Assembly (NCBI GenBank): GCA_964652725.1
Contig: CAZZAU010000001.1
Location: forward strand, 1-35,109
From: an uncultured Dehalococcoidaceae bacterium
Lineage (GTDB): Bacteria; Chloroflexota; Dehalococcoidia; Dehalococcoidales; RBG-16-60-22
Direction of reading: 5' to 3'
Length of the DNA: 35,109 nt
The notes under the pieces are model-generated. The model saw nothing but the letters and a program-made list of their open reading frames with translations. It made no database searches and was not told where the DNA came from. Shown piece after piece: positions 24,819-33,979 of this stretch (its first letter is position 1; each line of letters opens with the position of its first letter). Made by a program: the position numbers and the translations under genes.

Positions 24819-25795
24819 TTATTACCCGCACCCCTTTTCGTATCAGCTTCGCCGGCGGCGGCACGGACTTCCGCGAGTTCTACCGCCAACAGCCCGGAGC
24901 GGTGGTCAGCACAGCGATAACCAGATATATGTACATCATCGTCAACCGGCGCTTCACTGACGCCATCCGGGTGAGCTACTACGCCAAAACAGAAATCGTG
25001 GACCGCGTGGAAGACATCCAGCACCCCATCGTCAGGGAGGCGCTCAAGCTGGTGGGCATAAGCAAGGGGATAGAGATCGCCTCGGTGGCGGACATTCATG
25101 GCGGGTCCGGCCTGGGATCGTCGGGGAGCTTTACCGTGGGCCTGCTCAATGCCCTGTATGCCTACCAGGGCACCCTCAGGTCCGCGGAGGAACTTGCCCG
25201 TGAAGCCTGCCGTATCGAGATAGACATCCGCGGCGAACCCATCGGCAAGCAGGACCAGTATATCGCCGCCCATGGCGGCTTTCGTTTTCTGCAGTTCAAC
25301 CCGGACGAGACCGTGTTCACCCAACCCATCTTATGGTCGTCACAGAACAAGGAGGAACTGCTCCAGAACCTGCTGCTCCTTTACACCGGGGAGGTGCGGG
25401 ATGCCAGCAGTATCCTGAGAGAGCAGCGTGACAGCATTAACCAAACGGAGAAAATGGATTGCCTGTGCCGTCTGCGCGACATCGCTGTGCAGTTGCGCGG
25501 TAGCCTGAACGATAATGCCGGGCCCGACGTCATGGGGGAGGCGTTGCATCAGGGCTGGTTGCTCAAGAAGCAGCTGGCCAGCGCGGTCAGCAACAACAGG
25601 ATAGACAGGTACTACCAGCGGGCGCTTGACGCGGGCGCGCTCGGAGGCAAGGTGCTGGGGGCGGGCGGAGGCGGTTTCCTGCTGCTATACTGCCCGCAGG
25701 CAAAGCAAGCACAGATAAAAACAGCGCTGAGCGACTTGCGGCCCCTGGAATTTTCCTTTGAGCCTGAGGGCAGCAAGATCATCTACGTAATCTAA
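24815..25795 (+). CDS. hddA: GHMP kinase, D-glycero-D-manno-heptose 7-phosphate kinase-like
   Basis: MIITRTPFRISFAGGGTDFREFY N-terminus is typical of HddA. GHMP motif GGSGLGSSGSF. Start overlaps the hddC stop (ATGA at 24815-24818). Confidence 0.7.
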   Translation: MIITRTPFRISFAGGGTDFREFYRQQPGAVVSTAITRYMYIIVNRRFTDAIRVSYYAKTEIVDRVEDIQHPIVREALKLVGISKGIEIASVADIHGGSGLGSSGSFTVGLLNALYAYQGTLRSAEELAREACRIEIDIRGEPIGKQDQYIAAHGGFRFLQFNPDETVFTQPILWSSQNKEELLQNLLLLYTGEVRDASSILREQRDSINQTEKMDCLCRLRDIAVQLRGSLNDNAGPDVMGEALHQGWLLKKQLASAVSNNRIDRYYQRALDAGALGGKVLGAGGGGFLLLYCPQAKQAQIKTALSDLRPLEFSFEPEGSKIIYVI

Positions 25796-25811
25796 CGCGG
25801 GAGGTGCGCTG

Positions 25812-26387
25812 GTGAGCTCTGGAGGGGACTACATAGAAGGATACCTGGACAGGGTGCGTTCCTGCCTAAATGAGATATCAGAACAGGACATAGCGGGTAT
25901 AGTTGACATAATATTTCAAGCCTGGCGGGACAATAAATGCGTGTTCATCATAGGCAACGGCGGCAGCGCCACCACGGCGGCGCATTTCGCCCGCGACCTG
26001 AACATCGGCACGGCGACGGCGGGCAAGAAGCGCCTCAAAGCATTGAGCCTGGCGGACAATATCGCCACGGTGACGGCGCTGGCGAACGACGTGGGCTACC
26101 AGCATATTTTCACGAAGCAACTGATGGGAAGTCTGGACGCCGGGGACGTGGTCATAGGCATCAGCGCTTCGGGCAACTCGCCGAACCTGCTTGAAGGCAT
26201 CGAGTACGCCAGAAGCCAGGGGGTGGTGACGGCGGGGTTCCTCGGGTTCGGTGGCGGCAGGATGAAAGGACTGGTAGACAGGGCAATCGTCCTTTCCTGC
26301 AAAGAGTACGGGCCGGTGGAGGATGCCCACCTAATCCTCGAGCATATCATCTGCGCCCTGGTGAAAGAAAGAATCGCCGGTGATTAG
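25812..26387 (+). CDS. gmhA: SIS-domain phosphoheptose isomerase
   Basis: FIIGNGGSATTAAHFARDL and ISASGNSPN. About 190 aa. GTG start with GGAGG 7 nt upstream. Confidence 0.75.
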   Translation: MSSGGDYIEGYLDRVRSCLNEISEQDIAGIVDIIFQAWRDNKCVFIIGNGGSATTAAHFARDLNIGTATAGKKRLKALSLADNIATVTALANDVGYQHIFTKQLMGSLDAGDVVIGISASGNSPNLLEGIEYARSQGVVTAGFLGFGGGRMKGLVDRAIVLSCKEYGPVEDAHLILEHIICALVKERIAGD

Positions 26388-26427
26388 ACCGGGGTTCGTG
26401 GGGAGATGGGCGCGTGGGTAGCCGGAA

Positions 26428-27555
26428 ATGATGGTCCTGCTGGTCTCAGAATATTTCCATCCCTACGGAGGCGCCGAGCTCTCCCTGTGGAAGCTGTCCT
26501 GTGCCCTGACCGAAAGAGGCCATACCGTCTACGTAATAACCTCCCGGCGCTCCGGGGAGGCAGCACGCGAAGTGAAAGAGGGCATCGAGATAGTGCGGCC
26601 CTTCGGCACCGGCAATCTGTGGCGGCGACTCCTGTTTTCCCTGAAGTTGTTCCCATATCTGGACCGCTGGCTGAAGGGCAGGCACATAGACGTCGTCTAT
26701 AACCTCGGTTTCGTGCCCACTGTTCCCGCCACCTGGGCGGCGCGCAAACACGGCATCCTCCGGGTGACCATGCTGGGCCATTTCTGCGGCACCGGGTGGT
26801 TCCGGCTGAGAAATCCACTTGCCGCCCTGTTCAACTGCCTGACGGAGACGCTGGCCATACGTTTCGGCAGGCATCAGGTGCTGGTAGTGCAATGCCAGGC
26901 CACGGCCAGGAAAGTGGCGCGGCGCACCGGCGCCCGGGTCAAAGTGGTCTGCAACACGTTTATCGACCCGCAGATGATGGAAGAAGCAAAAAGGGAGACC
27001 GATAGCCGGCGGGTGAGAGATAACCTGGCCGTGGAAGAGGGTGCGGTGTTCCTGCTGATGGCCGGAGGGCTCATCCCCACCAAGAACATCCCCACCACCA
27101 TCAAGGCCCTGGCGGGGTGGGGAAAGGAGTTCAAGCTGGTGCTGGCAGGTGAAGGCCCGGAACGGCGCAGGATAGAAAATGTGATAGACAGGGCACGCAT
27201 GCAGGGCAGGGTGGTGCTTCTCGGGCGCAGGTCCCACGCGGAGACGCTGGCCCTGATGCGGGCCTGTGATGCCCTGCTGATGACGTCCATCTGCGAGCAG
27301 GTGCCCAACGTGGTGCTGGAGGCGCTGGCGCTGGGCCGGCCTGTCATCGCCACCAGGGTGGGGGGCATCCCGGAGATAAACTCGGCTAACCTCCATCTGA
27401 TCGACCGCCTGGAGGAGATACCGGCGCTTCTGGATGATGGCATCCGGGCGGTGGAAGAGGATACAATAGCGGAGGAATACCTGCTGGACAGCATTGTGGA
27501 AGAGTATGAAGAGCTTTTCTCCGGGCTGGCCCGTGAAAGAGAGCGGCGGCGTTGA
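26428..27555 (+). CDS. GT4-family glycosyltransferase
   Basis: MMVLLVSEYFHPYGGAE N-terminus. LVLAGEGPER, LMTSICEQVPNVVLEALALGRPVIATRVGGIPEI. Confidence 0.8.
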   Translation: MMVLLVSEYFHPYGGAELSLWKLSCALTERGHTVYVITSRRSGEAAREVKEGIEIVRPFGTGNLWRRLLFSLKLFPYLDRWLKGRHIDVVYNLGFVPTVPATWAARKHGILRVTMLGHFCGTGWFRLRNPLAALFNCLTETLAIRFGRHQVLVVQCQATARKVARRTGARVKVVCNTFIDPQMMEEAKRETDSRRVRDNLAVEEGAVFLLMAGGLIPTKNIPTTIKALAGWGKEFKLVLAGEGPERRRIENVIDRARMQGRVVLLGRRSHAETLALMRACDALLMTSICEQVPNVVLEALALGRPVIATRVGGIPEINSANLHLIDRLEEIPALLDDGIRAVEEDTIAEEYLLDSIVEEYEELFSGLARERERRR

Positions 27556-27577
27556 ATGGCGCTGCCAGGGATAGAGC

Positions 27578-28654
27578 ATGGCAGGGAATGTTGAACTACT
27601 CCGCGATGAAAGCGAGTGGGAGCGGTTTGTTGCCGCTTCTCCGCAGGCTACTTTTTACCACACCCTGAAGTGGAAAAAGGCCCTGGAAGAGGCTTTCTCT
27701 CTGAAGACGGTATACCTCGTGGTGCGGGGCAACTCGGGGGAGGTGGTGGGGGTTTGTCCTCTTGCCCTGACCCGGAAGCTGGGAATATTCCGCGTCCTGG
27801 ACTCGCTTCCCGAGTCCGACTTCGCCGGTCCGCTGGTTGCGGCGGGATATGAAGAAGAAGCGCTGCACGCCCTGAATGATTACCTGCTCGCCGCCGGCCC
27901 CGGGATGGGCATCACTTATGCCAAACTCAGGTGCCCCCGCCGGGAGATAGCCCGGCATTTCCAGGCTGCGGGCAAAACGCTCGACCTGTCCTCCGGCTCG
28001 ATGAACCTGGACCTCCGCGAAAAGCCCGTGGAATACATCTGGAACAACGTGTTCAGTCAAAAAAGCGGGCAGAGGACCTACATCCGCCGCTTTGAGAAGG
28101 ACGGGTTTCAGAACGTGGAGGCGCGGAGCGCCGAAGACCTGGACACTTTCTACGAGCTGTACCGGCGCAATATGCGCCACATCGGCGGCGTCCCGCACCC
28201 GCACTCATTTTTCCGCCGGTTATGGAAGGAGCTTCATCCGGACTACTTCAACATCCTGCTTACGGTAGGCAATGGCAGGTGCATCGGCGGGGAAGCGTTT
28301 TTCATCTACCCGCCGCGCAAAACTGCATACCAGACGTTCATCGGCCTGGACCGGAACGTGGAAACACAGTACCGCACCTATTTCTACCTTAGCTGGGGGC
28401 TGATAACGTGGTGCGCCAGGAACGGCTTTGAGGTGGTGAGTTTCGGGGGCACCCCGGCAGACCCCGCAACATCAAATCACGCCCAGAAGAGCCGGTTCGG
28501 GGCCAGTTTTAACCAGGACTATGTGGTCTGCCTGCCATTCGACCGCGCCCTCTTCCTGACCCGGCAGGCCGCCCTGAAGCTGGGCCGCGCGGCGCAGAAG
28601 CGGCTGCCAGCCTTCTTGAGGAGCAAAATGCAGCGGGCTGGTTTTGGCATATGA
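27578..28654 (+). CDS. FemAB/CelD-like GNAT-fold acyl- or aminoacyl-transferase
   Basis: WERFVAASPQATFYHTLKWKKALEEAF N-terminus, and later FYELYRRNMRHIGGVPHPHSFF...IGGEAFFIY. This resembles FemAB-related proteins in EPS loci. The call is from memory only. Confidence 0.5.
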   Translation: MAGNVELLRDESEWERFVAASPQATFYHTLKWKKALEEAFSLKTVYLVVRGNSGEVVGVCPLALTRKLGIFRVLDSLPESDFAGPLVAAGYEEEALHALNDYLLAAGPGMGITYAKLRCPRREIARHFQAAGKTLDLSSGSMNLDLREKPVEYIWNNVFSQKSGQRTYIRRFEKDGFQNVEARSAEDLDTFYELYRRNMRHIGGVPHPHSFFRRLWKELHPDYFNILLTVGNGRCIGGEAFFIYPPRKTAYQTFIGLDRNVETQYRTYFYLSWGLITWCARNGFEVVSFGGTPADPATSNHAQKSRFGASFNQDYVVCLPFDRALFLTRQAALKLGRAAQKRLPAFLRSKMQRAGFGI

Positions 28655-29625
28655 TGTGCTGGAGGCGATGGCTGGACCTTTTGCGTGACCCCCGGATGCC
28701 CCAATATGCGTTCTATCACAAGATAGGGCGTAGGGGAGGTAAACGGGGCACAGTTGCCCTGCCAGAGGGCCTGACCATACTCGTGGTGCTTACGTTTGAC
28801 ATAGAATACGACTTCGGCTCGGCGGGCGGGGAGGCGGCTGTGCAAGCCGTGGGGCCTTTTCTCAAGCACGCGGGGCCATGGGGGAAGGAGATGGGAGCCG
28901 CGCTCACGTTGTTCGTCCAGGGGGACCTTGTCGCCGGCCTTGCCGGCTATCTACGGGAGCTGGAAAAGGAAAACGAAATCGGGCTGCACGGTTACTCCCA
29001 TGAGCTGTGGGGTGGAGCAAAATGGTTCCTGCCGCATAAACCCCTGCCGCTAGAAACCAAACGCGGGCTGCTGGAGCGCAGCCTGGAGCAGTTCTCCACC
29101 CACCACCTGGCCCGCCCCGTTTCCTTCCGGGCCCCGGACCTGGTGACCGACCGGGAAACTCTGGAACTGCTGGAAAGCTATGGCTTCACCGTTGACTCCT
29201 CGGCTCCGTCCTACTATGGAGTGGCGCCCGAATTATCCCGACCGCTGGGCCCGGGCAGCAAATTGCTGGAGATACCCGTAACTGCCCGTCCTTATTCCCG
29301 CACGCAATTTAGATGTTTTCTCCCGTTCACCTCCTATGAGGTGTTCAATATGTTCCAGGTAACCGCAGGAGACGACCGGCATTTTACGGACTACGTGGAT
29401 GATGTGCTAACTTTTCAGGTGAAAGCGGGGGTTATGCCGCACCTGGTCTTTCTGGCCCATCCCTGGGAGTTCCAGGAATGGCCGGCCAGGAGAAGACTGG
29501 ACTACTGCGCACAGGCCAACTACGAGCTTTTGCGCCGCAGGTTCTCCCTGCTCAGGGAGAGATACCGGTTGAGCTATGTTACTCTGAGCGAGATGGCCCG
29601 TTATGTTGGCGGGGGAACGGGATGA
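28651..29625 (+). CDS. polysaccharide deacetylase-like (CE4-like) protein
   Basis: CE4-like motif series LTFDIEYD, GLHGYSHE, SFRAPDL. Start overlaps the previous stop (ATGA at 28651-28654). Confidence 0.55.
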   Translation: MMCWRRWLDLLRDPRMPQYAFYHKIGRRGGKRGTVALPEGLTILVVLTFDIEYDFGSAGGEAAVQAVGPFLKHAGPWGKEMGAALTLFVQGDLVAGLAGYLRELEKENEIGLHGYSHELWGGAKWFLPHKPLPLETKRGLLERSLEQFSTHHLARPVSFRAPDLVTDRETLELLESYGFTVDSSAPSYYGVAPELSRPLGPGSKLLEIPVTARPYSRTQFRCFLPFTSYEVFNMFQVTAGDDRHFTDYVDDVLTFQVKAGVMPHLVFLAHPWEFQEWPARRRLDYCAQANYELLRRRFSLLRERYRLSYVTLSEMARYVGGGTG

Positions 29626-30776
29626 ACGCACACCCCGGCTATGACGTGCTGGACTCGCTGCCTGTCGCGACCCTGCGAAAAGCCATAGGCGGGTTGCTGG
29701 GGCACGAGGAGCGGGCGGAGATTGAGCGGCGTCTGACCGGGCAGGGAATAGGGCAGGGCAAGCGTTTCACCTTCTTCAACTACGGCAGGAATGCCCTGTA
29801 TACCCTGCTCAGGGAGAGGTGCGCCGGCAGCGAAGTCATCTTTCCCGGCTTCATCTGCCCGTCGCTTGCCTTGGCCGCGCTAAGGGCGGACGCCAGGCCT
29901 TGGTTTGTCGATGTCAGTCTGGACGATTTCAACCTCGACGCAAGCCTGTTGTCGCCGGAGCTGCTGGAAAGGGCGGGCGCTTTGCTGGTTAATCATACCT
30001 TCGGTGTTCCGGCAGACGTGGACAGGATACGGAGCCGTCCGGGGGGGGAAAGAGTCTATCTGGTCGAAGATATCGCCCAGGCCCTTTTCTCCCGGTGTGA
30101 CGGCTCGCCCGCAGGCGCCCGCGGTGACGCCGTGCTGGTGAGCATGTACAAGCAGGTGCCCAATATTCACGGGGCGGTGATTATCTCGGAGCCGGGGCTG
30201 GAAAACAGAGGCACGGATTGCGGCGGGCCGGGCAGACTGTTGCTGCTGACCAGGGGGCCGCACCAGTCTCTTTTGCGCTATGTGCGCCGCAGGCGAGCAC
30301 TTCCCGCGCAGGGTGGGGAAAAAAGCAGGCCGGCACCGGCGCGCCCATCCCGTCTGGCGCAGGCCATCTTCGCCGCCTCCCTGCCCGACCTGGAAGCTGT
30401 GGTCGAAGGGCGGCGGGCTATACTCCGCCACTACCAGGACAGGGCGCGGGCAAGCGAATACCTGGTGCCGCAACAGATAAGAGAGGGCAAAGAACCGTCC
30501 TGTTTCAACTTCAGCGTACGGTTGCTCCCGGAACTCGCTCATGTCAGGGATGAAGCCGTGCTGGCGTTGCGGAGAAAAGGCATCTTCTGCGACCGCCTGT
30601 GGCACGATTCCCCGGTAGCGCTCGGCGTTTTCAGGGACTATCTTGCTGGGGATTGCCCTAACTCGAGGCTGCTGGCGCGCTCGGTGATAAATCTCCCCGT
30701 AAAGGCGAGCTACGACGAGCATGATGTGGGTTATCTCTTCGATTCCGTGGAAGAGGCTGTGCGCAGGCTGGTCTGA
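29622..30776 (+). CDS. DegT/DnrJ/EryC1-like PLP-dependent aminotransferase
   Basis: FNYGRNALYTLL, VIFPGFICPS, LLVNHTFGVPADVD, VYLVEDIAQA, and VSMYKQVPNIHGAVII with a candidate PLP lysine. ATG at 29622 overlaps the previous stop (ATGA). The ORF opens at 29478. Confidence 0.6.
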   Translation: MNAHPGYDVLDSLPVATLRKAIGGLLGHEERAEIERRLTGQGIGQGKRFTFFNYGRNALYTLLRERCAGSEVIFPGFICPSLALAALRADARPWFVDVSLDDFNLDASLLSPELLERAGALLVNHTFGVPADVDRIRSRPGGERVYLVEDIAQALFSRCDGSPAGARGDAVLVSMYKQVPNIHGAVIISEPGLENRGTDCGGPGRLLLLTRGPHQSLLRYVRRRRALPAQGGEKSRPAPARPSRLAQAIFAASLPDLEAVVEGRRAILRHYQDRARASEYLVPQQIREGKEPSCFNFSVRLLPELAHVRDEAVLALRRKGIFCDRLWHDSPVALGVFRDYLAGDCPNSRLLARSVINLPVKASYDEHDVGYLFDSVEEAVRRLV

Positions 30777-31555
30777 TGGACGGCAGGGCCAATGTTGACA
30801 AGTGGCAGCGCTACTGGAGCGCCAGCCGGCCTTCGGTAACGTTACAGGCATACCACCGCCAGGTGGCAGAGAGAATCGTGGGTAGGTTGGGCCGCCTGTT
30901 CCCGCCCGCTGCGGAAGAGACAGAACACCCCCTCAGACTTCTGGATGCGGGCTGCGGGCAGGGTAACCTGACCGTCATGCTGGCCGGAAAGACGGGGTAT
31001 GAGACAGCTGCGCTAGACATCATCGCGGAGCCGCTGCGGCACTGTCATCAGCTGGCCGGGGAGCGGCAGATTGACCGCGTCAGTGTTGTCAGGGCCAGCG
31101 TTTTCCGGATGCCCTTCCGGGACGGTACCTTTGACATTGCTGTCAGCACTGGCAGCGAGAGCGCGGCGGCCTACCCGGGAGCAGCAGAGGAAGTGATAAG
31201 GGTGGTGAAGAAAGGCGGCACCCTGTTCATCGATTTCACGGCTATGCCCAATCTCTACCAGCCGGTGCGCTCGTTGAAAGACCTTTTCCGGTACCTGCAG
31301 GCAAGGCGAACCGTGGCCCGGGGCGGAAAGACGAAACGCTTCCATTATGGTAAACTTGGACTCAAGGAACGATTTGAACGGCGGCTCGGCCTGAGAATCA
31401 GGCAGACGTGGTATATGAATACGGCTCCGCCCTGGGGAGGGGTGAGGGCTCGCTTGCTCTTCGAGAAGAGCGCGGGCAGGTGGCTGGGGCCTCTTCTTGC
31501 CAGAACGGTGCTGGTGGAGATGGAGAACAGCAAGAAGGATGAATGCGGTTATTAG
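30776..31555 (+). CDS. class I SAM-dependent methyltransferase
   Basis: LLDAGCGQGNLTVML, MPFRDGTFDIAVS, VKKGGTLFIDF. The ATG shares a base with the previous TGA (TGATG at 30774-30778). Confidence 0.7.
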   Translation: MDGRANVDKWQRYWSASRPSVTLQAYHRQVAERIVGRLGRLFPPAAEETEHPLRLLDAGCGQGNLTVMLAGKTGYETAALDIIAEPLRHCHQLAGERQIDRVSVVRASVFRMPFRDGTFDIAVSTGSESAAAYPGAAEEVIRVVKKGGTLFIDFTAMPNLYQPVRSLKDLFRYLQARRTVARGGKTKRFHYGKLGLKERFERRLGLRIRQTWYMNTAPPWGGVRARLLFEKSAGRWLGPLLARTVLVEMENSKKDECGY

Positions 31556-31594
31556 CGGAGAGAAGACGCTGACTCTTCCGTGGAGAGTGCATCG

Positions 31595-32758
31595 ATGAGA
31601 ATACTGATGCAGCAGGGGGCCTATTTTCCGTGGGTCGGCGGCGCCGAGATATTCATGCAGAAACTCGCCGAGCATATGGTGGCCGGAGGGCATCACGTCG
31701 ATGTGGTGACGGGGCTGTGGAGCAAGCCGGATATCTATACGGAAAACTGGAACAAGGAGTTCGAGGTCATCAACGGCGTCAATGTCTACCGCGTGCCGAC
31801 GGCCGCCCGGAAGTATGCCGGCGCCCTGTCCTGCATATGGCAAACGGTGTTGAAGAGCAAACAGCTTGACCGCGCCAGCAGTTATGACGTTATTCACAGT
31901 CACATATCTCCGGCGCTGATCTGCGGCGCCGCCAGCAAGGGAAAGAACAGGTTAATGATTACCCTTCAGGGGGGTGACTTCGGGGAGTACAAAGAGTCGA
32001 AGATGGCATTGAGAGTCATGGAGGCCCCGTTCATCGTCTGGGCATTGCGCCGGGCAGACCTGGTGCACGCCGTCAGCACCCATATCGCCAGGCAGGCGGG
32101 GAGATACGGCGCAAGGAAAATAAGAATCGTGCCTAACGGCGTTGACGCCCGCCTGTTCCGCCCCAACGAGAAGAACAAAGCCAGGCAGAAGCTGGGGTAC
32201 AGGGTTGACCAGAGGATCGTGATAAGCTCGTCCAGACTGACGCCGAAGAACGGCCTCGAATATCTGGTCAGGGCCGTGGCCAGGATTCCGAATCTGAGCT
32301 TGCTCATCATCGGCGATGGCGAGCAAAGGAGCTATCTGGAGGCACTTATAGCCGAATTGAACCTCCGGGGGAGGGTCGAGCTGCTGGGCTATCTGGAACA
32401 CACGCGGCTGCCCGACTACCTGAACATGGCCGATGTCTTTTGCCGTCCATCAATCGACGAAGGGTTCGGCATCGCGTTCATCGAGGCTATGGCCTGCCGG
32501 ATACCTACCATAGGCACTGCCGTAGGCGGCATCACCGATATCATAGAAGACGGCAGGAACGGTCTGCTGGTGGCTCCGGGAAGCTCCGACGATGTGTTGC
32601 GTGCCTTGAAGAAGGTGCTGCATGACAAGGAGCTGGCACGGCGGATAGCAGGAGAGGGATATCTCACCGTCCAGAAGAAGTTCACCTGGCCGGCGGTACT
32701 CGAGCGGATGGACAGCTTATATGGAGAGTTGGTGCAGCAACCGGGAGGGAGGAAATGA
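31595..32758 (+). CDS. GT4-family glycosyltransferase
   Basis: MRILMQQGAYFPWVGGAE. LIIGDGEQRS, CRPSIDEGFGIAFIEAMACRIPTIGTAVGGITDIIEDGRNGLLV. GGAGAG lies 7 nt upstream of the ATG at 31595; the ORF opens with GTG at 31580. Confidence 0.85.
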   Translation: MRILMQQGAYFPWVGGAEIFMQKLAEHMVAGGHHVDVVTGLWSKPDIYTENWNKEFEVINGVNVYRVPTAARKYAGALSCIWQTVLKSKQLDRASSYDVIHSHISPALICGAASKGKNRLMITLQGGDFGEYKESKMALRVMEAPFIVWALRRADLVHAVSTHIARQAGRYGARKIRIVPNGVDARLFRPNEKNKARQKLGYRVDQRIVISSSRLTPKNGLEYLVRAVARIPNLSLLIIGDGEQRSYLEALIAELNLRGRVELLGYLEHTRLPDYLNMADVFCRPSIDEGFGIAFIEAMACRIPTIGTAVGGITDIIEDGRNGLLVAPGSSDDVLRALKKVLHDKELARRIAGEGYLTVQKKFTWPAVLERMDSLYGELVQQPGGRK

Positions 32759-32801
32759 TTATACAGGGCTGGATTGAAGCCCGTATGATTGCGAGAGTTC
32801 A

Positions 32802-33962
32802 ATGAAGATTCTCATCACCACCCCCATCTTCCCTCCGGAAATCGGGGGACCGGCGACGTATACGCTGGAGGTGTCTCGGAGGTTGAAAGCCTGCGGGCAT
32901 ACGGTGCGCATTGTCACCTTCGCTGATGCCGCTCCGGACGTGCCGGACCTGGACGTCGCTGCGATAAGAAACAGGACTGTTGTGCCGGGCAGCGTCAGCA
33001 GGCAAAGCAGGCTATTTGCCGCGCTCCTGCGTGCCTCCAGGGGCATGGACCTGGTCTACGCACAGGGGCCGGTGGTGGTGGGCCTTGGCTCCATCGCCGC
33101 CGGGAAGCTGACCGGAAAGCCGGTGGTAGTCAAGTTCGTGGGGGATGTGGCCTGGGAGGGGGCAACGAGCAGAGGAGAGACGGTGAAGTCTCTGGACGAC
33201 TTTCTGCGGCAGCCGGAAGGAGGCTGGCAGACAGCATTGACCAGACGAATAGAGAGCTTTGTCCTGCGGCATGCGGACAGAATAATCACCCCCTCCCTCT
33301 ATCTCAAGCACGTCCTGGCCAAATTCTACGGAATACCTGACAGCGGCATCGAGGTTGTTTACAATGCGGTGGCGCCGGACGCATTTGCCCCGGTGGCGGA
33401 CAGTAACGCCGGCTACGGGAGGCCGCTGCTGACCACGGTGGGCAGGCTCGTTCCCTGGAAAGGGGTCGATGAGCTTATAGAAATGGTGCCTGTGCTGGTG
33501 AAGAAATATCCCCGGGTGAAGCTGCAGGTGATAGGGGAAGGACCCGAAGAGAGCAGACTCAAACACCTCTGCCGGAAGCTGGGGGTGGAAACCCACGTCG
33601 TCTTCGCCGGAAAGCTGGAGCATAAGGAGACCATAGCGCGTGTCAGTAGTTCAGACCTTTTCATTCTGAACTCGCGCTATGAAGGCCTCCCCCACGTTGT
33701 GCTTGAGGCCATGGCCTGCGGTTGCCCGGTGGTAGCCACGGACATCGCGGGCACCAGAGAGGCGCTGGGAGACGGCAGCTACAGCGCTGCCTTCACTCCG
33801 GGAAACCGGGAGGAGATGGAGGAGAAGATTACCCGGCTGCTGGAGGACTGCAAAGCAAGAAAAGAGATGGCCGAGCAGGCCTACCGGAATGTCATCTCCC
33901 GTTTCACCTGGGAAAAGACGCTCGACCGGCTGGAGAGTGTTCTGGGCTCGGTCTTGAGTTGA
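32802..33962 (+). CDS. GT4-family glycosyltransferase
   Basis: MKILITTPIFPPEIGGPATY. VIGEGPEESRL, ILNSRYEGLPHVVLEAMACGCPVVATDIAGTREAL. Confidence 0.85.
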   Translation: MKILITTPIFPPEIGGPATYTLEVSRRLKACGHTVRIVTFADAAPDVPDLDVAAIRNRTVVPGSVSRQSRLFAALLRASRGMDLVYAQGPVVVGLGSIAAGKLTGKPVVVKFVGDVAWEGATSRGETVKSLDDFLRQPEGGWQTALTRRIESFVLRHADRIITPSLYLKHVLAKFYGIPDSGIEVVYNAVAPDAFAPVADSNAGYGRPLLTTVGRLVPWKGVDELIEMVPVLVKKYPRVKLQVIGEGPEESRLKHLCRKLGVETHVVFAGKLEHKETIARVSSSDLFILNSRYEGLPHVVLEAMACGCPVVATDIAGTREALGDGSYSAAFTPGNREEMEEKITRLLEDCKARKEMAEQAYRNVISRFTWEKTLDRLESVLGSVLS

Positions 33963-33979
33963 GAAGTTAAGATTAAGAA

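Noticed and set aside
26446-27579. 377-aa minus-strand ORF spanning the whole GT4 gene at 26428-27555
   Set aside because: Antisense to a gene with clear GT4 motifs. It has the low-complexity Arg/Pro/Gly/His-rich composition typical of stop-poor antisense frames in GC-rich DNA.
901-31903. Other long shadow ORFs. Antisense: 901-1650, 2514-3329, 6063-7178, 11026-11877, 17284-18318, 29880-30851, 31013-31903. Alternative frame: 14811-15914, 20109-20927.
   Set aside because: Each fully overlaps a motif-bearing CDS, lacks any motif of its own and has skewed Arg/Pro/Gly composition. This is expected from the GC3 bias of the real genes.
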